From the sequence record OK539825.1: a DNA stretch of 42,943 bases, one strand, 5' to 3'. This document shows, piece by piece, positions 7,130 to 17,041 of the stretch. This DNA is from Pseudomonas phage phipa4. Positions within the stretch are counted from its first letter, which is position 1. Every line of letters begins with the position of its first letter. The position numbers were made by a program, and so were the translations under genes. The notes beneath the pieces are model-generated. The model had not been told where the DNA came from. It was given only the letters and a program-made list of their open reading frames with translations, and ran no database searches.

Positions 7130-7163
7130 TCGGCCAAATACATTTCGGGGCCGGGGCTTGTGA

Positions 7164-7418
7164 ATGAACGAACAACAATTTTTTAACGTAGCCGTCGCAA
7201 TTATCGGCGCGTTGGGCGGTTGGTGGATGCGCGTTATGTGGCAGTCGCTTAAAGAACTACAAGCGCAAGATTCGAAGTTGGCCGATAAGGTCGGCAATAT
7301 CGAAGTTCTTGTAGCGGGGCAGTATGTCAAGCGCGACGATATGAACCGCGACATAATGGCGATTTTCGCCAAACTTGACCGCATCGAAGACAAGATAGAC
7401 AAAAAGGCCGACAAATGA
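7164..7418 (+). CDS. holin/antiholin-like protein (1 TM + coiled coil)
   Basis: Single TM at aa 8-25. First gene of the lysis cassette. Confidence 0.45.
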   Translation: MNEQQFFNVAVAIIGALGGWWMRVMWQSLKELQAQDSKLADKVGNIEVLVAGQYVKRDDMNRDIMAIFAKLDRIEDKIDKKADK

Positions 7419-7681
7419 AGAAGCCCGAACTTATCGAAGATTGGCGCGAATGCTGGCGCTTTTGGTCGGTTCGACTGGCCGCAGTCGGCACCGCAATTAC
7501 TGGCCTTCTTGTTGCGTTTCCCGACGCAGCGTTGGCCGCTTGGGCAATCCTTCCGCACGAATTGAAGTCGTCGATTCCGCCGCAGTATATGCCGCTTATC
7601 GGCGTTGTTGTTTTCGCGCTTTCCATCGTTGCCCGCCTTGTCAAGCAAAAGAACTTGAACAAGGGGCCGAAGGATGAATAA
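7415..7681 (+). CDS. holin (class II-like, 2 TM)
   Basis: Two hydrophobic helices and charged C-terminus. ATGA overlap upstream. Overlaps the endolysin start. Confidence 0.5.
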   Translation: MKKPELIEDWRECWRFWSVRLAAVGTAITGLLVAFPDAALAAWAILPHELKSSIPPQYMPLIGVVVFALSIVARLVKQKNLNKGPKDE

Positions 7682-8219
7682 CGAACTTCCTTGGGTAGCC
7701 GAAGCCCGAAAGTATATCGGCCTTCGCGAAGACACTTCGAAGACTTCGCATAACCCGAAGCTTCTTGCCATGCTTGACCGCATGGGCGAATTTTCCAACG
7801 AATCCCGCGCTTGGTGGCACGACGACGAAACGCCTTGGTGCGGACTGTTCGTCGGCTATTGCTTGGGCGTAGCCGGGCGCTACGTCGTCCGCGAATGGTA
7901 CAGGGCGCGGGCATGGGAAGCCCCGCAGCTTACGAAGCTTGACCGGCCCGCATACGGCGCGCTTGTGACCTTCACGCGAAGCGGCGGCGGCCACGTCGGT
8001 TTTATTGTGGGCAAGGATGCGCGCGGAAATCTTATGGTTCTTGGCGGTAATCAGTCGAACGCCGTAAGTATTGCACCGTTCGCAGTATCCCGCGTAACCG
8101 GCTATTTCTGGCCGTCGTTCTGGCGAAACAAGACCGCAGTTAAAAGCGTTCCGTTTGAAGAACGTTATTCGCTGCCGCTGTTGAAGTCGAACGGCGAACT
8201 TTCGACGAATGAAGCGTAA
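7674..8219 (+). CDS. endolysin, cysteine peptidase (TIGR02594/CHAP-NlpC-like)
   Basis: WCGLFVGYC (catalytic Cys) and GGHVGFIV (His) motifs. Lies between holin and spanins. Confidence 0.6.
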   Translation: MNNELPWVAEARKYIGLREDTSKTSHNPKLLAMLDRMGEFSNESRAWWHDDETPWCGLFVGYCLGVAGRYVVREWYRARAWEAPQLTKLDRPAYGALVTFTRSGGGHVGFIVGKDARGNLMVLGGNQSNAVSIAPFAVSRVTGYFWPSFWRNKTAVKSVPFEERYSLPLLKSNGELSTNEA

Positions 8220-8230
8220 AGGGGCATTGC

Positions 8231-8536
8231 ATGTTTTCCGTAATTTGGGCCAAGTTTGGCAAATGGCTTGCCGCAATCGGCGCGGGTCTTGTCATGCTGG
8301 CAAGTATTTTTTATGCCGGTCGCAAGTCCGGCGCAACCAAGGCCGAAGCCAACGCAGCAAACGAACGGGCAAACGACCGCGAAGCAATCGCAGTTCGCCA
8401 AGTTAACGAAGCCCGCGAAGCTTCCGAACAACAGGTAAAGGCGGTACAAAATGCGAAAGAAGTTGCTTCCGATAATTCTACTTTTGACGACGACGAAGTT
8501 ACTAAGCGGCTGCGCGACGAATGGTCGCGCGACTGA
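8231..8536 (+). CDS. i-spanin (Rz-like)
   Basis: N-terminal TM, charged coiled-coil periplasmic domain. Confidence 0.6.
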   Translation: MFSVIWAKFGKWLAAIGAGLVMLASIFYAGRKSGATKAEANAANERANDREAIAVRQVNEAREASEQQVKAVQNAKEVASDNSTFDDDEVTKRLRDEWSRD

Positions 8537-8732
8537 ACCGCAAAGCATCGCCGACGCAGTGCAAACGAAGCCCGTTGTAATCGACACGGCTTGCAAATGG
8601 GTTGCACCTATTTGGATTTCGAAGGCCGACGGCTTGACCGCTGGCACGGCCCGGCAAATTCTGAACCATAACGAAGCCGTCGAACGCAATTGCGGGCCGC
8701 AGTCGCCGCCTAAATCTGCGGACAAGCCTTAA
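8451..8732 (+). CDS. o-spanin (Rz1-like lipoprotein), overlapped architecture
   Basis: Signal peptide with lipobox LLSGC. Three Cys. Starts inside the i-spanin gene in another frame and extends beyond it. Confidence 0.6.
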   Translation: MRKKLLPIILLLTTTKLLSGCATNGRATEPQSIADAVQTKPVVIDTACKWVAPIWISKADGLTAGTARQILNHNEAVERNCGPQSPPKSADKP

Positions 8733-8789
8733 CAGAACGCGGGGCTTGCGGTATAGTGAAGCCAACGACGTATAAACTAGGCCGACACT

Positions 8790-9278
8790 ATGTCCGACGA
8801 ACTGAAAGAAAGCGAAGAAAAGGCCGCATACGCGGCCCTTCTTTTGAAAGAACGCGACCCGTTTAAGGCTGCGCTTTCGCTGTTTCCGAACAACACGAAT
8901 CGCGCGCTATGGGTTGCGAACCATTGGCCGAACGACGCCGAAGTTAAGGCCGAACAAAAGCGCCTTACCGACGAAGGCGGCGATATGGCATTTCTTCCGG
9001 GCAAAGGCGACCTTGCCCGCGACATTTGGCAGCGTATGCAAGGTACGACGCTTCCGAACGGCGTAACCATTCCGCCGACGCCCGAAGAATACGCGAAGCT
9101 TGCCAAGCTTTACGCCGACGTTCGCGGGTTCATCGAAAAGCCGCAAACAAACGTTAACGTAACGACGAACGTAAACCGCGTCGTCGAAATGCCCGTATTC
9201 GCTAACGAAAGCGAATGGGAAGCGGAAGCCGCACGGCAACAGCGCGAATTGTTAGAAAATGCACGCACTCGCCATTGA
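8790..9278 (+). CDS. putative terminase small subunit
   Basis: Position immediately upstream of and overlapping TerL. 162 aa. No family motif recognised. Confidence 0.4.
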   Translation: MSDELKESEEKAAYAALLLKERDPFKAALSLFPNNTNRALWVANHWPNDAEVKAEQKRLTDEGGDMAFLPGKGDLARDIWQRMQGTTLPNGVTIPPTPEEYAKLAKLYADVRGFIEKPQTNVNVTTNVNRVVEMPVFANESEWEAEAARQQRELLENARTRH

Positions 9279-10854
9279 TACGAACGGGGCGAAACCTGTT
9301 CCGTATGAAGTCGTATTTAAGCCCCTTCCGGGGTCGCAGACTATCGCCCTTTGTTCGATGGCAGCGCATACGCTGTACGAAGGCGCACGCGGCCCCGGTA
9401 AGACGCTTACGCAGCTTATGCGCTTTTATCGTAACGTCGGCAAAGGTTACGGCAAGTTCTGGCGCGGCGTTATCTTCGATTTGGAATTTGACCATTTGGG
9501 CGGCCTTGTTGCCGAATCGAAAAAATGGTTCGGCGATAACGGAAAGCTAAAGGACGGCGGCAAGTTTTACGAATCAACGTCGGCTTATAAATGGGTTTGG
9601 CCGACAGGCGAAGAACTGTTGTTTCGGCACGTTAAGAAGCTGTCGGATTACGAAGGCTTCCACGGTCACGAATACCCGTTTATCGGTTGGAACGAACTTA
9701 CGAAGCATCCAAGCGGCGACCTTTACGACAAATTTATGTCGGTCAACCGCTGTACGTTCGACCCGATAAAAGACACGCCGAAAGACCCGAAAACCGGGCG
9801 CTATTTGACGCCGAACGGCGAACCGCTGCCGCCTGTAAAGTGCGAAGTATTCAGCACGACGAACCCAAGCGGCCCCGGTCACAATTGGGTAAAACGTCGC
9901 TTTATCACGATTGCCCCGCGCGGCACCGTAGTTCGTCGCGAAATTCAGATTTACAACCCGGCGACCGAAAAAGAAGAAACGCACGTAATTAGCCAAATCG
10001 CTATCTTCGGTTCGTATAAGGAAAACCCATACCTTCCGGCTTCGTATATCGCCGAACTGGAAAGTATCAAAGAACCGAACTTGCGGAAGGCTTGGCTTTA
10101 CGGCGATTGGGACGTTACCGCAGGCGGCGCAATCGACGACCTTTGGCAATCGCATATACACGTTGTACCGCGCTTCGTCATTCCGCCAAGCTGGCGAATC
10201 GACAGAACATACGACGACGGGTCTTCGCATCCGTTTAGTGTGGGATGGTGGGCGGAAGCGGACGGCACCGAAGCGACTATAGTTCTTTCGGATGGCACCG
10301 AATTTACGTTTTGCCCGCAACCCGGTTCGCTTATTCAGTTGTTCGAATGGTACGGATGCGCGAAAGACGAAAAGGGCGAATATATACCGAATAAAGGTTT
10401 GAAGCTTTCGGCGTCGAATATCGCACAAGGCATAATCGACCGCGAAATTTCGCTAATGGCGAACGGCTGGATTTTGTCGCAGCCTTGGCCCGGCCCTGCC
10501 GACAACCGCATTCGCCAAGTAATCGACAGCGAACTAGACACGACCGAAAAGCTTATGTCGAAGAAGGGCGTTCGTTGGACGGAATCGGACAAGTCGCCGG
10601 GTTCGCGCGTAATCGGGTTGCAGCTTTTCCGCGACCGGCTAGAAGCGTCTGTTAATCGCGAAGGGCCGGGTATATACTTTATGTCGAATTGCGTTGCAAG
10701 TATTGATTTGCTGCCCACACTGCCGCGCGACGAAAAGAAGATTGACGACGTAGACACAACCGCCGAAGACCATTGTTACGATATGGTGCGTTATCGCGTA
10801 TTGAAAGGCGCGAACAAAGCGGCAGCGAAATTCAAACTTGTTATGCCAACTTAA
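9259..10854 (+). CDS. terL: terminase large subunit
   Basis: Walker A GARGPGKT near the N-terminus. 531 aa. Followed by portal gene. Confidence 0.7.
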   Translation: MHALAIDTNGAKPVPYEVVFKPLPGSQTIALCSMAAHTLYEGARGPGKTLTQLMRFYRNVGKGYGKFWRGVIFDLEFDHLGGLVAESKKWFGDNGKLKDGGKFYESTSAYKWVWPTGEELLFRHVKKLSDYEGFHGHEYPFIGWNELTKHPSGDLYDKFMSVNRCTFDPIKDTPKDPKTGRYLTPNGEPLPPVKCEVFSTTNPSGPGHNWVKRRFITIAPRGTVVRREIQIYNPATEKEETHVISQIAIFGSYKENPYLPASYIAELESIKEPNLRKAWLYGDWDVTAGGAIDDLWQSHIHVVPRFVIPPSWRIDRTYDDGSSHPFSVGWWAEADGTEATIVLSDGTEFTFCPQPGSLIQLFEWYGCAKDEKGEYIPNKGLKLSASNIAQGIIDREISLMANGWILSQPWPGPADNRIRQVIDSELDTTEKLMSKKGVRWTESDKSPGSRVIGLQLFRDRLEASVNREGPGIYFMSNCVASIDLLPTLPRDEKKIDDVDTTAEDHCYDMVRYRVLKGANKAAAKFKLVMPT

Positions 10855-10867
10855 AGGAACCCAAATC

Positions 10868-12373
10868 ATGCCGAACGTTTCATTTATTCGCCCCGAACTT
10901 GGTAAGCTGCTGCCGCTGTATTACCTGATTCGCGACGCAATCGCGGGCGAACCAACGGTAAAAGGCGCGCGGACGACTTATCTTCCGATGCCGAACGCCG
11001 AAGACCAATCGAAAGAAAATAAGGCGCGTTACGAAGCGTACTTGAAGCGGGCCGTTTTCTATAACGTAGCCCGTCGAACCCTGTTCGGCTTGGTCGGTCA
11101 AGTGTTCATGCGCGACCCGGTTATTAAGGTTCCGGCGCTGCTGAACCCGCTTGTCGCGAACGCGACGGGTTCGGGTATCAACCTTACGCAGCTTGCGAAG
11201 CGCGCCGTATCGTTGAACCTTGCTTATTCCCGCGCCGGGCTGTTGGTCGATTACCCGACGACCGAAGCCGAAGGCGGCGCTTCGATTGCCGACCTTGAAG
11301 CCGGGCGCATTCGTCCGACCCTGTACGTATATTCGCCGACTGAAATTATCAATTGGCGAACGACCGACCGGGGCGCGGAAGAAGTTTTATCGTTGGTCGT
11401 ACTGTTCGAAACTTGGTGCGCTGCCGATGATGGTTTTGAAATGAAAACGTCGGGGCAATTTCGCGTTTTGCGTTTGGACGAAGAAGGTTATTACGTCCAT
11501 GAAATTTGGCGCGAACCGCAGCCGACCAAAGCCGATGGCACGAAGATTCCGAAAGGCAATTACCAACAACACGTCGTTTACAAGCCGACCGACGCGCAGG
11601 GCAAACGACTTACCGAAATTCCGTTTATGTTCATCGGTTCGGAAAACAACGATTCGAACCCGGACAACCCGAACTTTTACGACCTTGCGTCGCTGAATAT
11701 GGCGCATTATCGCAATTCGGCGGATTACGAAGAAAGTTGTTATATCGTCGGACAGCCGACGCCGGTTCTTATCGGCCTTACCGAAGAATGGGTTACGAAC
11801 GTTCTTAAAGGTTCGGTTAACTTCGGTTCGCGCGGCGGTATTCCGCTTCCTGCCGGGGCCGATGCGAAGTTGTTGCAGGCCGACCCGAACACCATGCTTA
11901 AAGAAGCAATGGACGCCAAAGAACGACAAATGGTCGCGCTTGGCGCAAAGCTTGTCGAACAAAAGGAAGTACAGCGCACGGCAACCGAAGCCGAATTGGA
12001 AGCCGCTTCGGAAGGTTCGACGCTTTCAACCGCAACCAAGAACGTTTCGGCGGCCTTTGAATGGGCGTTGAAATGGGCGGCCCGTTGGGTCGGTCAAGCC
12101 GACGGCGGCGTTAAGTTCGAACTGAATACAGATTTCGACATTGCCCGCATGACGCCGGACGAACGCCGTTCGCTTGTTGAAGAATGGCAGAAAGGCGCAA
12201 TTACCTTCGAAGAAATGCGAACCGGCTTGCGTAAAGCTGGCGTCGCTACCGAAGACGACGCCAAGGCGAAAGAAAAAATCGCCAAGGATACCGCCGAAGC
12301 AATGGCCCTTGCTGCCCCGGCTAACGTGCCGGGCGATGGCAGCGGCGGCGATAATGTGGGCAACAGTGAATAA
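10868..12373 (+). CDS. portal protein
   Basis: 501 aa from ATG 10868 (AAAGGA RBS). Synteny TerL-portal-MuF. Confidence 0.6.
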   Translation: MPNVSFIRPELGKLLPLYYLIRDAIAGEPTVKGARTTYLPMPNAEDQSKENKARYEAYLKRAVFYNVARRTLFGLVGQVFMRDPVIKVPALLNPLVANATGSGINLTQLAKRAVSLNLAYSRAGLLVDYPTTEAEGGASIADLEAGRIRPTLYVYSPTEIINWRTTDRGAEEVLSLVVLFETWCAADDGFEMKTSGQFRVLRLDEEGYYVHEIWREPQPTKADGTKIPKGNYQQHVVYKPTDAQGKRLTEIPFMFIGSENNDSNPDNPNFYDLASLNMAHYRNSADYEESCYIVGQPTPVLIGLTEEWVTNVLKGSVNFGSRGGIPLPAGADAKLLQADPNTMLKEAMDAKERQMVALGAKLVEQKEVQRTATEAELEAASEGSTLSTATKNVSAAFEWALKWAARWVGQADGGVKFELNTDFDIARMTPDERRSLVEEWQKGAITFEEMRTGLRKAGVATEDDAKAKEKIAKDTAEAMALAAPANVPGDGSGGDNVGNSE

Positions 12374-12384
12374 GGGGCGCAATC

Positions 12385-13479
12385 ATGGCACTATCGGACA
12401 ATAAGCGACTGTACGATATTGCGACGCGCCTTGCTGTTTACGTTGAAGACGTGAAAGTTTGGCAGTCCCGACAATTCGGGTTCGTACTTCGCGAAGTAAA
12501 CTTGGAACTAACGCGCCTTCTTGGCCGTGTTCGGTATAAGACCCTTGACGGTCTTTCGAAGGCGCAGTTAAACAAGCTTGTTTCGGAATTACGGGAATCG
12601 CAATCGAAGATTTACAGCGCATACACGCAAACGCTACTTGAACAGTTAAAGGAATTCATGCGGGCCGACTTGGAAGTAAACCGGCGCGCATGGGTTACGG
12701 GTTATATCGAACTTGACGGCGAAGAAAGCGACGGTATTATTTCGGACGAAGAAGCGATACAGTTTCTTTTAGAAGTACCCAACGCCGATTCGAACCCGTT
12801 GTTCGGTTTAGCCGCTGTTACAGGAAGCGACGAACGCATTTGGTCGCAAGTTACGAATACGCCAATTCCGGCAAATGGTTTGTACTTGCTGCCGTTTATC
12901 AAGACGTTTACGAATTCGGCACAAGCTGGCGTCGAAAGCATGATTCGCAAAGCTTGGGCGAACCGTTGGACGGTTGAAGAAACCTTAACGGCACTTGTCG
13001 GCGATGGAACCGCAGCGCAGGGCACGCCGTCGCAGTTGCACCGGGTAAACGCGCAAGCCGCGTCGGTAATCCATACGGCAACCGCGCACGTTGCGGCGGT
13101 CGTTGCGGCTGGCGTTATGTCTGCGGTTTTCGGTCGTTACGTTTGGTATTCGGTAATCGACGGAAAAACAACGGACATTTGCATAAGCCGAAATCGCCGA
13201 ATCTATCGCTTCGGCGAAGGGCCGTTGCCGCCCGCGCATATCCGTTGCCGGTCGCACGTTGCCCCGGCAAATACCGCTAGTGACTTGGCCGAAGAAACGT
13301 TTTATACTTGGGTTGCCCGTCAACCTGCCCAAGTGCAAGACGACATATTAGGCGACGACGGCGGCGAAGCTTTGCGCGATGGTCGCTTAAAGGCGAAGGA
13401 TATTCCGAAGTATGATGCGGACAGGCCGCTAACTTACGAAGAATTCCGACGCAAGATTAAAGAAATTCTTTCCCGCTGA
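12385..13479 (+). CDS. head morphogenesis protein, Mu gpF / SPP1 gp7 family
   Basis: C-terminal D..TDICI...PPAHIRCRSH motif typical of Phage_Mu_F. Confidence 0.65.
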   Translation: MALSDNKRLYDIATRLAVYVEDVKVWQSRQFGFVLREVNLELTRLLGRVRYKTLDGLSKAQLNKLVSELRESQSKIYSAYTQTLLEQLKEFMRADLEVNRRAWVTGYIELDGEESDGIISDEEAIQFLLEVPNADSNPLFGLAAVTGSDERIWSQVTNTPIPANGLYLLPFIKTFTNSAQAGVESMIRKAWANRWTVEETLTALVGDGTAAQGTPSQLHRVNAQAASVIHTATAHVAAVVAAGVMSAVFGRYVWYSVIDGKTTDICISRNRRIYRFGEGPLPPAHIRCRSHVAPANTASDLAEETFYTWVARQPAQVQDDILGDDGGEALRDGRLKAKDIPKYDADRPLTYEEFRRKIKEILSR

Positions 13480-13515
13480 TTCGGTGAATCGGCATAACCG
13501 CAAGGAGTCCTTGAA

Positions 13516-14235
13516 ATGGCACTGAAAAAGAAACTTACCAAAGAAGAACACGCGAAGCTTTCGGACGCGCTGAAAGCCGAATATATCGAAGACGGCGACG
13601 GCTTCCGCCTTGACGTTGACGGCGACGAAGATACGGGCGCTTTGAAGCGCGCCAAAGACCGCGAAGCGCAGTTGCGCAAAGACGCCGAAAAAGAAGCGAA
13701 GGAACTTCGCGAACGGCTGGAATCCATCGAAGGCGACGACGCGCGCAAGAAAGGCGACATTGCGACGCTTGAAAAGTCTTGGCAATCGAAGCTTGAAAAA
13801 CAGCGCGAAGAATACGAAGCCAAGGTTTCCAAGCTTACTTCGCATACGACGAAAACGCTTGTCGATAACGTCGCGTCGCAGCTTGCCCACAAGATTTCGA
13901 ACGCCCCGGCAATCATCATGCCGCATATCAAGTCGCGGCTTATCGCAGACTTCGAAGGCGACACGCCGGTTACGCGCGTTCTGGACAAGGACGGCAAGCC
14001 GTCGGCCCTTACTATCGACGAACTGGCAAACGAATTCGTTGCAAACAAGGATTTTTCTGCTATTATCACGGCTAGTAAGGCGTCCGGCGGTGCCGGTAAG
14101 CCTTCGCAGAACGGCGGCGGTGCCCCGAAATTTAACGGTCAATCCGACAAACCCGCCGACCTTTCGAAGATGAATCCCGCAGAACTTGCGGCGCATCTTA
14201 AAGAAGCGAAGGCAAACGAAACTAAGGACGCTTAA
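13516..14235 (+). CDS. scaffolding protein
   Basis: Highly charged K/E-rich coiled coil. Position before capsid gene. Confidence 0.55.
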   Translation: MALKKKLTKEEHAKLSDALKAEYIEDGDGFRLDVDGDEDTGALKRAKDREAQLRKDAEKEAKELRERLESIEGDDARKKGDIATLEKSWQSKLEKQREEYEAKVSKLTSHTTKTLVDNVASQLAHKISNAPAIIMPHIKSRLIADFEGDTPVTRVLDKDGKPSALTIDELANEFVANKDFSAIITASKASGGAGKPSQNGGGAPKFNGQSDKPADLSKMNPAELAAHLKEAKANETKDA

Positions 14236-14237
14236 TC

Positions 14238-15215
14238 ATGGCACTTTCCGACCTTGCTGTTTACTCCGAATACGCTTATTCGGCTTTCTCCGAAACCCTG
14301 CGCCAACAGGTTGATTTGTTCAACGCTGCGACGGGCGGGGCTATCATGCTGCAATCCGCAGCGCACCAAGGCGACTTTTCCGACGTTGCCTTTTTCGCCA
14401 AGGTAACGGGCGGCCTTGTTCGCCGTCGTAACGCCTACGGTTCCGGCACCGTCGCCGAAAAGGTCTTGAAACACCTTGTCGATACGTCGGTTAAGGTCGC
14501 AGCCGGTACGCCGCCCGTTCGCCTTGACCCCGGCCAATTCCGTTGGATTCAGCAGAACCCGGAAGTCGCAGGCGCGGCAATGGGGCAGCAACTCGCCGTC
14601 GATACGATGGCGGATATGCTGAACGTTGGTCTTGGTTCGGTCTATTCGGCGCTGTCGCAGGTTTCCGACGTTGTTTACGACGCGACCGCGAACACCGATG
14701 CCGCCGACAAGCTGCCGACTTGGAACAACCTTAACAACGGCCAAGCCAAGTTCGGCGACCAATCGTCGCAGATTGCCGCATGGATTATGCACAGTACGCC
14801 CATGCACAAGCTGTACGGTTCGAACTTGACCAACGGCGAACGCCTGTTTACTTACGGCACCGTGAACGTTGTTCGCGACCCGTTCGGCAAGCTTCTTGTT
14901 ATGACCGATTCGCCGAACCTGTTTGCCGCAGGTACGCCGAACGTTTATCACATTCTTGGCCTTGTGCCGGGCGGCGTGCTGATTGGTCAAAACAACGACT
15001 TCGACGCGAACGAAGAAACCAAGAACGGCGACGAAAACATTATTCGGACTTACCAAGCCGAATGGTCGTACAACATCGGCGTTAAGGGCTTCGCTTGGGA
15101 CAAGGCAAACGGCGGCAAGTCGCCGACCGATGCGGCGTTGTTCACTTCGACCAATTGGGACAAGTACGCAACTTCGCATAAAGACCTTGCGGGCGTTGTC
15201 GTCAAGACCAACTAA
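14238..15215 (+). CDS. major capsid protein
   Basis: 325 aa directly after scaffold. Strong terminator downstream. Confidence 0.55.
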   Translation: MALSDLAVYSEYAYSAFSETLRQQVDLFNAATGGAIMLQSAAHQGDFSDVAFFAKVTGGLVRRRNAYGSGTVAEKVLKHLVDTSVKVAAGTPPVRLDPGQFRWIQQNPEVAGAAMGQQLAVDTMADMLNVGLGSVYSALSQVSDVVYDATANTDAADKLPTWNNLNNGQAKFGDQSSQIAAWIMHSTPMHKLYGSNLTNGERLFTYGTVNVVRDPFGKLLVMTDSPNLFAAGTPNVYHILGLVPGGVLIGQNNDFDANEETKNGDENIIRTYQAEWSYNIGVKGFAWDKANGGKSPTDAALFTSTNWDKYATSHKDLAGVVVKTN

Positions 15216-15230
15216 CCGACGACAGACGGA

Positions 15231-15253
15231 CGGGGCTTCGGCCCCGTTCTTCT
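15231..15253 (+). terminator. rho-independent terminator (UUCG loop)
   Basis: CGGGGC-ttcg-GCCCCG followed by TTCTTCT. Confidence 0.7.
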
Positions 15254-15284
15254 AGTCCTTCACAAATTCAAAGGAGTTTCGAAG

Positions 15285-15689
15285 ATGAAACCGGCAAAAA
15301 TTCTGTTCTTCGTTGACGGCAACGCGCCGACCCCGGAAGACTTCGCAGCCGCCGCCGAACTGAACGCGCAAGTTGTGTTCAGGAACGCCCGCGCTGTTCC
15401 GTCCGAACCGCATTCGCTGGAAATCTGCGACGGCGTAGCGGGCAAGGTTCCGAAGCTGTACGCCGACGCTTACCCGGAAGCGGGCGAAGCAATCAAGAAG
15501 AAGGCCGCCGAACTGAAAGCCCTTACTTCGAAGGTCGGCGACGCCCCGGCACCGAAGGCCAGCGGCAAGGCCGCCGACAAGCCCGCAGCCGCTACGCAGG
15601 GCCAGACCCCGGCGCAGGGCCAGAAAGCCCCGGCAGCGGCCCCGCAGGGCGGCAGCGCCCCGGCTTGGAACCCCAACCCGGCGCAGTAA
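15285..15689 (+). CDS. head decoration-like protein with Ala/Pro/Gln-rich tail (paralog A)
   Basis: N-terminal 35 aa similar to ORF 15755. Low-complexity C-terminus. Confidence 0.4.
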   Translation: MKPAKILFFVDGNAPTPEDFAAAAELNAQVVFRNARAVPSEPHSLEICDGVAGKVPKLYADAYPEAGEAIKKKAAELKALTSKVGDAPAPKASGKAADKPAAATQGQTPAQGQKAPAAAPQGGSAPAWNPNPAQ

Positions 15690-15754
15690 CGAACGGACGG
15701 CCTGTCGCTTATTGTGGGCAGGCCGTTTCAACAACGAACTAAGGAGTCTTCGCA

Positions 15755-16126
15755 ATGGCAACGAAAAAGGTTGTTTATTTTACGGCAGGCATTAACGCAA
15801 CGGCTGGCGAACTTGCCGACATTGCGAAGCTTAACGCAGCCGCCGAACCGCAATACGAAGTTTTGGTAGCCAACGGCGCAGCAAATGCCGAATACGGCGA
15901 AACCGACCGAATCATTCCGTCGGATTACGTCGCCGGTACTGCGCCTTCGGCTTATTCCGAAGTTGACGTTATCGACCCCGACGCAATCCCGAATCAGGCG
16001 CTTACGCCTACGCAGGCAATCGTTAACGACGCCGAAGCCTTGGCCGTTCCGGTTACTGGCACTTACACGACGACCGCAACCGTTAGCGTTGCGAACGGCG
16101 TTGTAACTGGCATCGTTCTTTCGTAA
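15755..16126 (+). CDS. Ig-like/decoration-like protein (paralog B)
   Basis: N-terminus KVVYFTAGINATAGELADIAKLNA similar to ORF 15285. Thr-rich beta-strand C-terminus. Confidence 0.4.
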   Translation: MATKKVVYFTAGINATAGELADIAKLNAAAEPQYEVLVANGAANAEYGETDRIIPSDYVAGTAPSAYSEVDVIDPDAIPNQALTPTQAIVNDAEALAVPVTGTYTTTATVSVANGVVTGIVLS

Positions 16127-16138
16127 GGACGTTGACGC

Positions 16139-16657
16139 ATGGCAATTACAATCGTTGTTGAAGACGGAAGCGGCGTAACAAACGCGAACAGTTACGTAAG
16201 CGTCGCAGACGCGCGCATTTACGCTTCTAATCGCGGCGTCGAACTTCCGTTGGACGACGACGAATTGGCGGCCATGCTGATTCGTTCGACGGATTATTTA
16301 GAAGCGCAGGCTTGCCGGTTTCAAGGCAAGCCGACTTCGACGACGCAGGCTTTGCAATGGCCGCGAACCGGCGTCTTTCTAAACGAAGACGAAGTACCGT
16401 CGAACGTTATTCCGAAGTCGCTTATTGCCGCGCAAGTTCAGCTTGCGATGGCGATTAACGCAGGCTTCGACCTTCAACCGAACGTTTCGCCGCAAGACTA
16501 CGTTACGCGCGAAAAGGTCGGGCCGATTGAAACGGAATACGCCGACCCGCTGTCGGTTGGCATCATGCCCACATTTACCGCAGCGAACGCGCTTCTTGCG
16601 CCGCTGTTTGGCGAATGCGCTTCGAACAAGTTTGCGCTTCGAACAATAAGGGTTTGA
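16139..16657 (+). CDS. head-tail connector protein (gp6-like)
   Basis: VSVADARIY...DDDELAAMLIRSTDYLE resembles Phage_connect_1 consensus. Confidence 0.55.
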   Translation: MAITIVVEDGSGVTNANSYVSVADARIYASNRGVELPLDDDELAAMLIRSTDYLEAQACRFQGKPTSTTQALQWPRTGVFLNEDEVPSNVIPKSLIAAQVQLAMAINAGFDLQPNVSPQDYVTREKVGPIETEYADPLSVGIMPTFTAANALLAPLFGECASNKFALRTIRV

Positions 16658-16660
16658 AGA

Positions 16661-17041
16661 ATGGCACAATTCGACCGCGCAATTAAGACGGCCCAACGGC
16701 TTATCGCGAAGAATGGCGAAAAGGTCAAATGGCGCGTTATCGAAGACGCGACGCCAACAGACCCGAACAAGCCTTGGGAACCCGGCCCGGCATTGCCGGA
16801 CGACAAAGACGTTACCATTTGCTTTTTGCCAGTTGACCGGCAGACGCAAGAAACTTTCAACTTCATTAAAGGCACCGAAGTTCCGAAAGGTTCAGTAATG
16901 GGGCTTATGGGCAATGTTCCGTTTGCCCCGAATTTGAAAGACGTTGTAATTCGTAACGGGGTCGAACTTCGCTTGGCTTATATCGACGTACTTTCGCCGA
17001 ACGGGCAAAAGGTACTTTATACGATGGTATTTCAAGCATGA
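16661..17041 (+). CDS. putative head-tail joining protein
   Basis: Position only. Confidence 0.35.
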   Translation: MAQFDRAIKTAQRLIAKNGEKVKWRVIEDATPTDPNKPWEPGPALPDDKDVTICFLPVDRQTQETFNFIKGTEVPKGSVMGLMGNVPFAPNLKDVVIRNGVELRLAYIDVLSPNGQKVLYTMVFQA

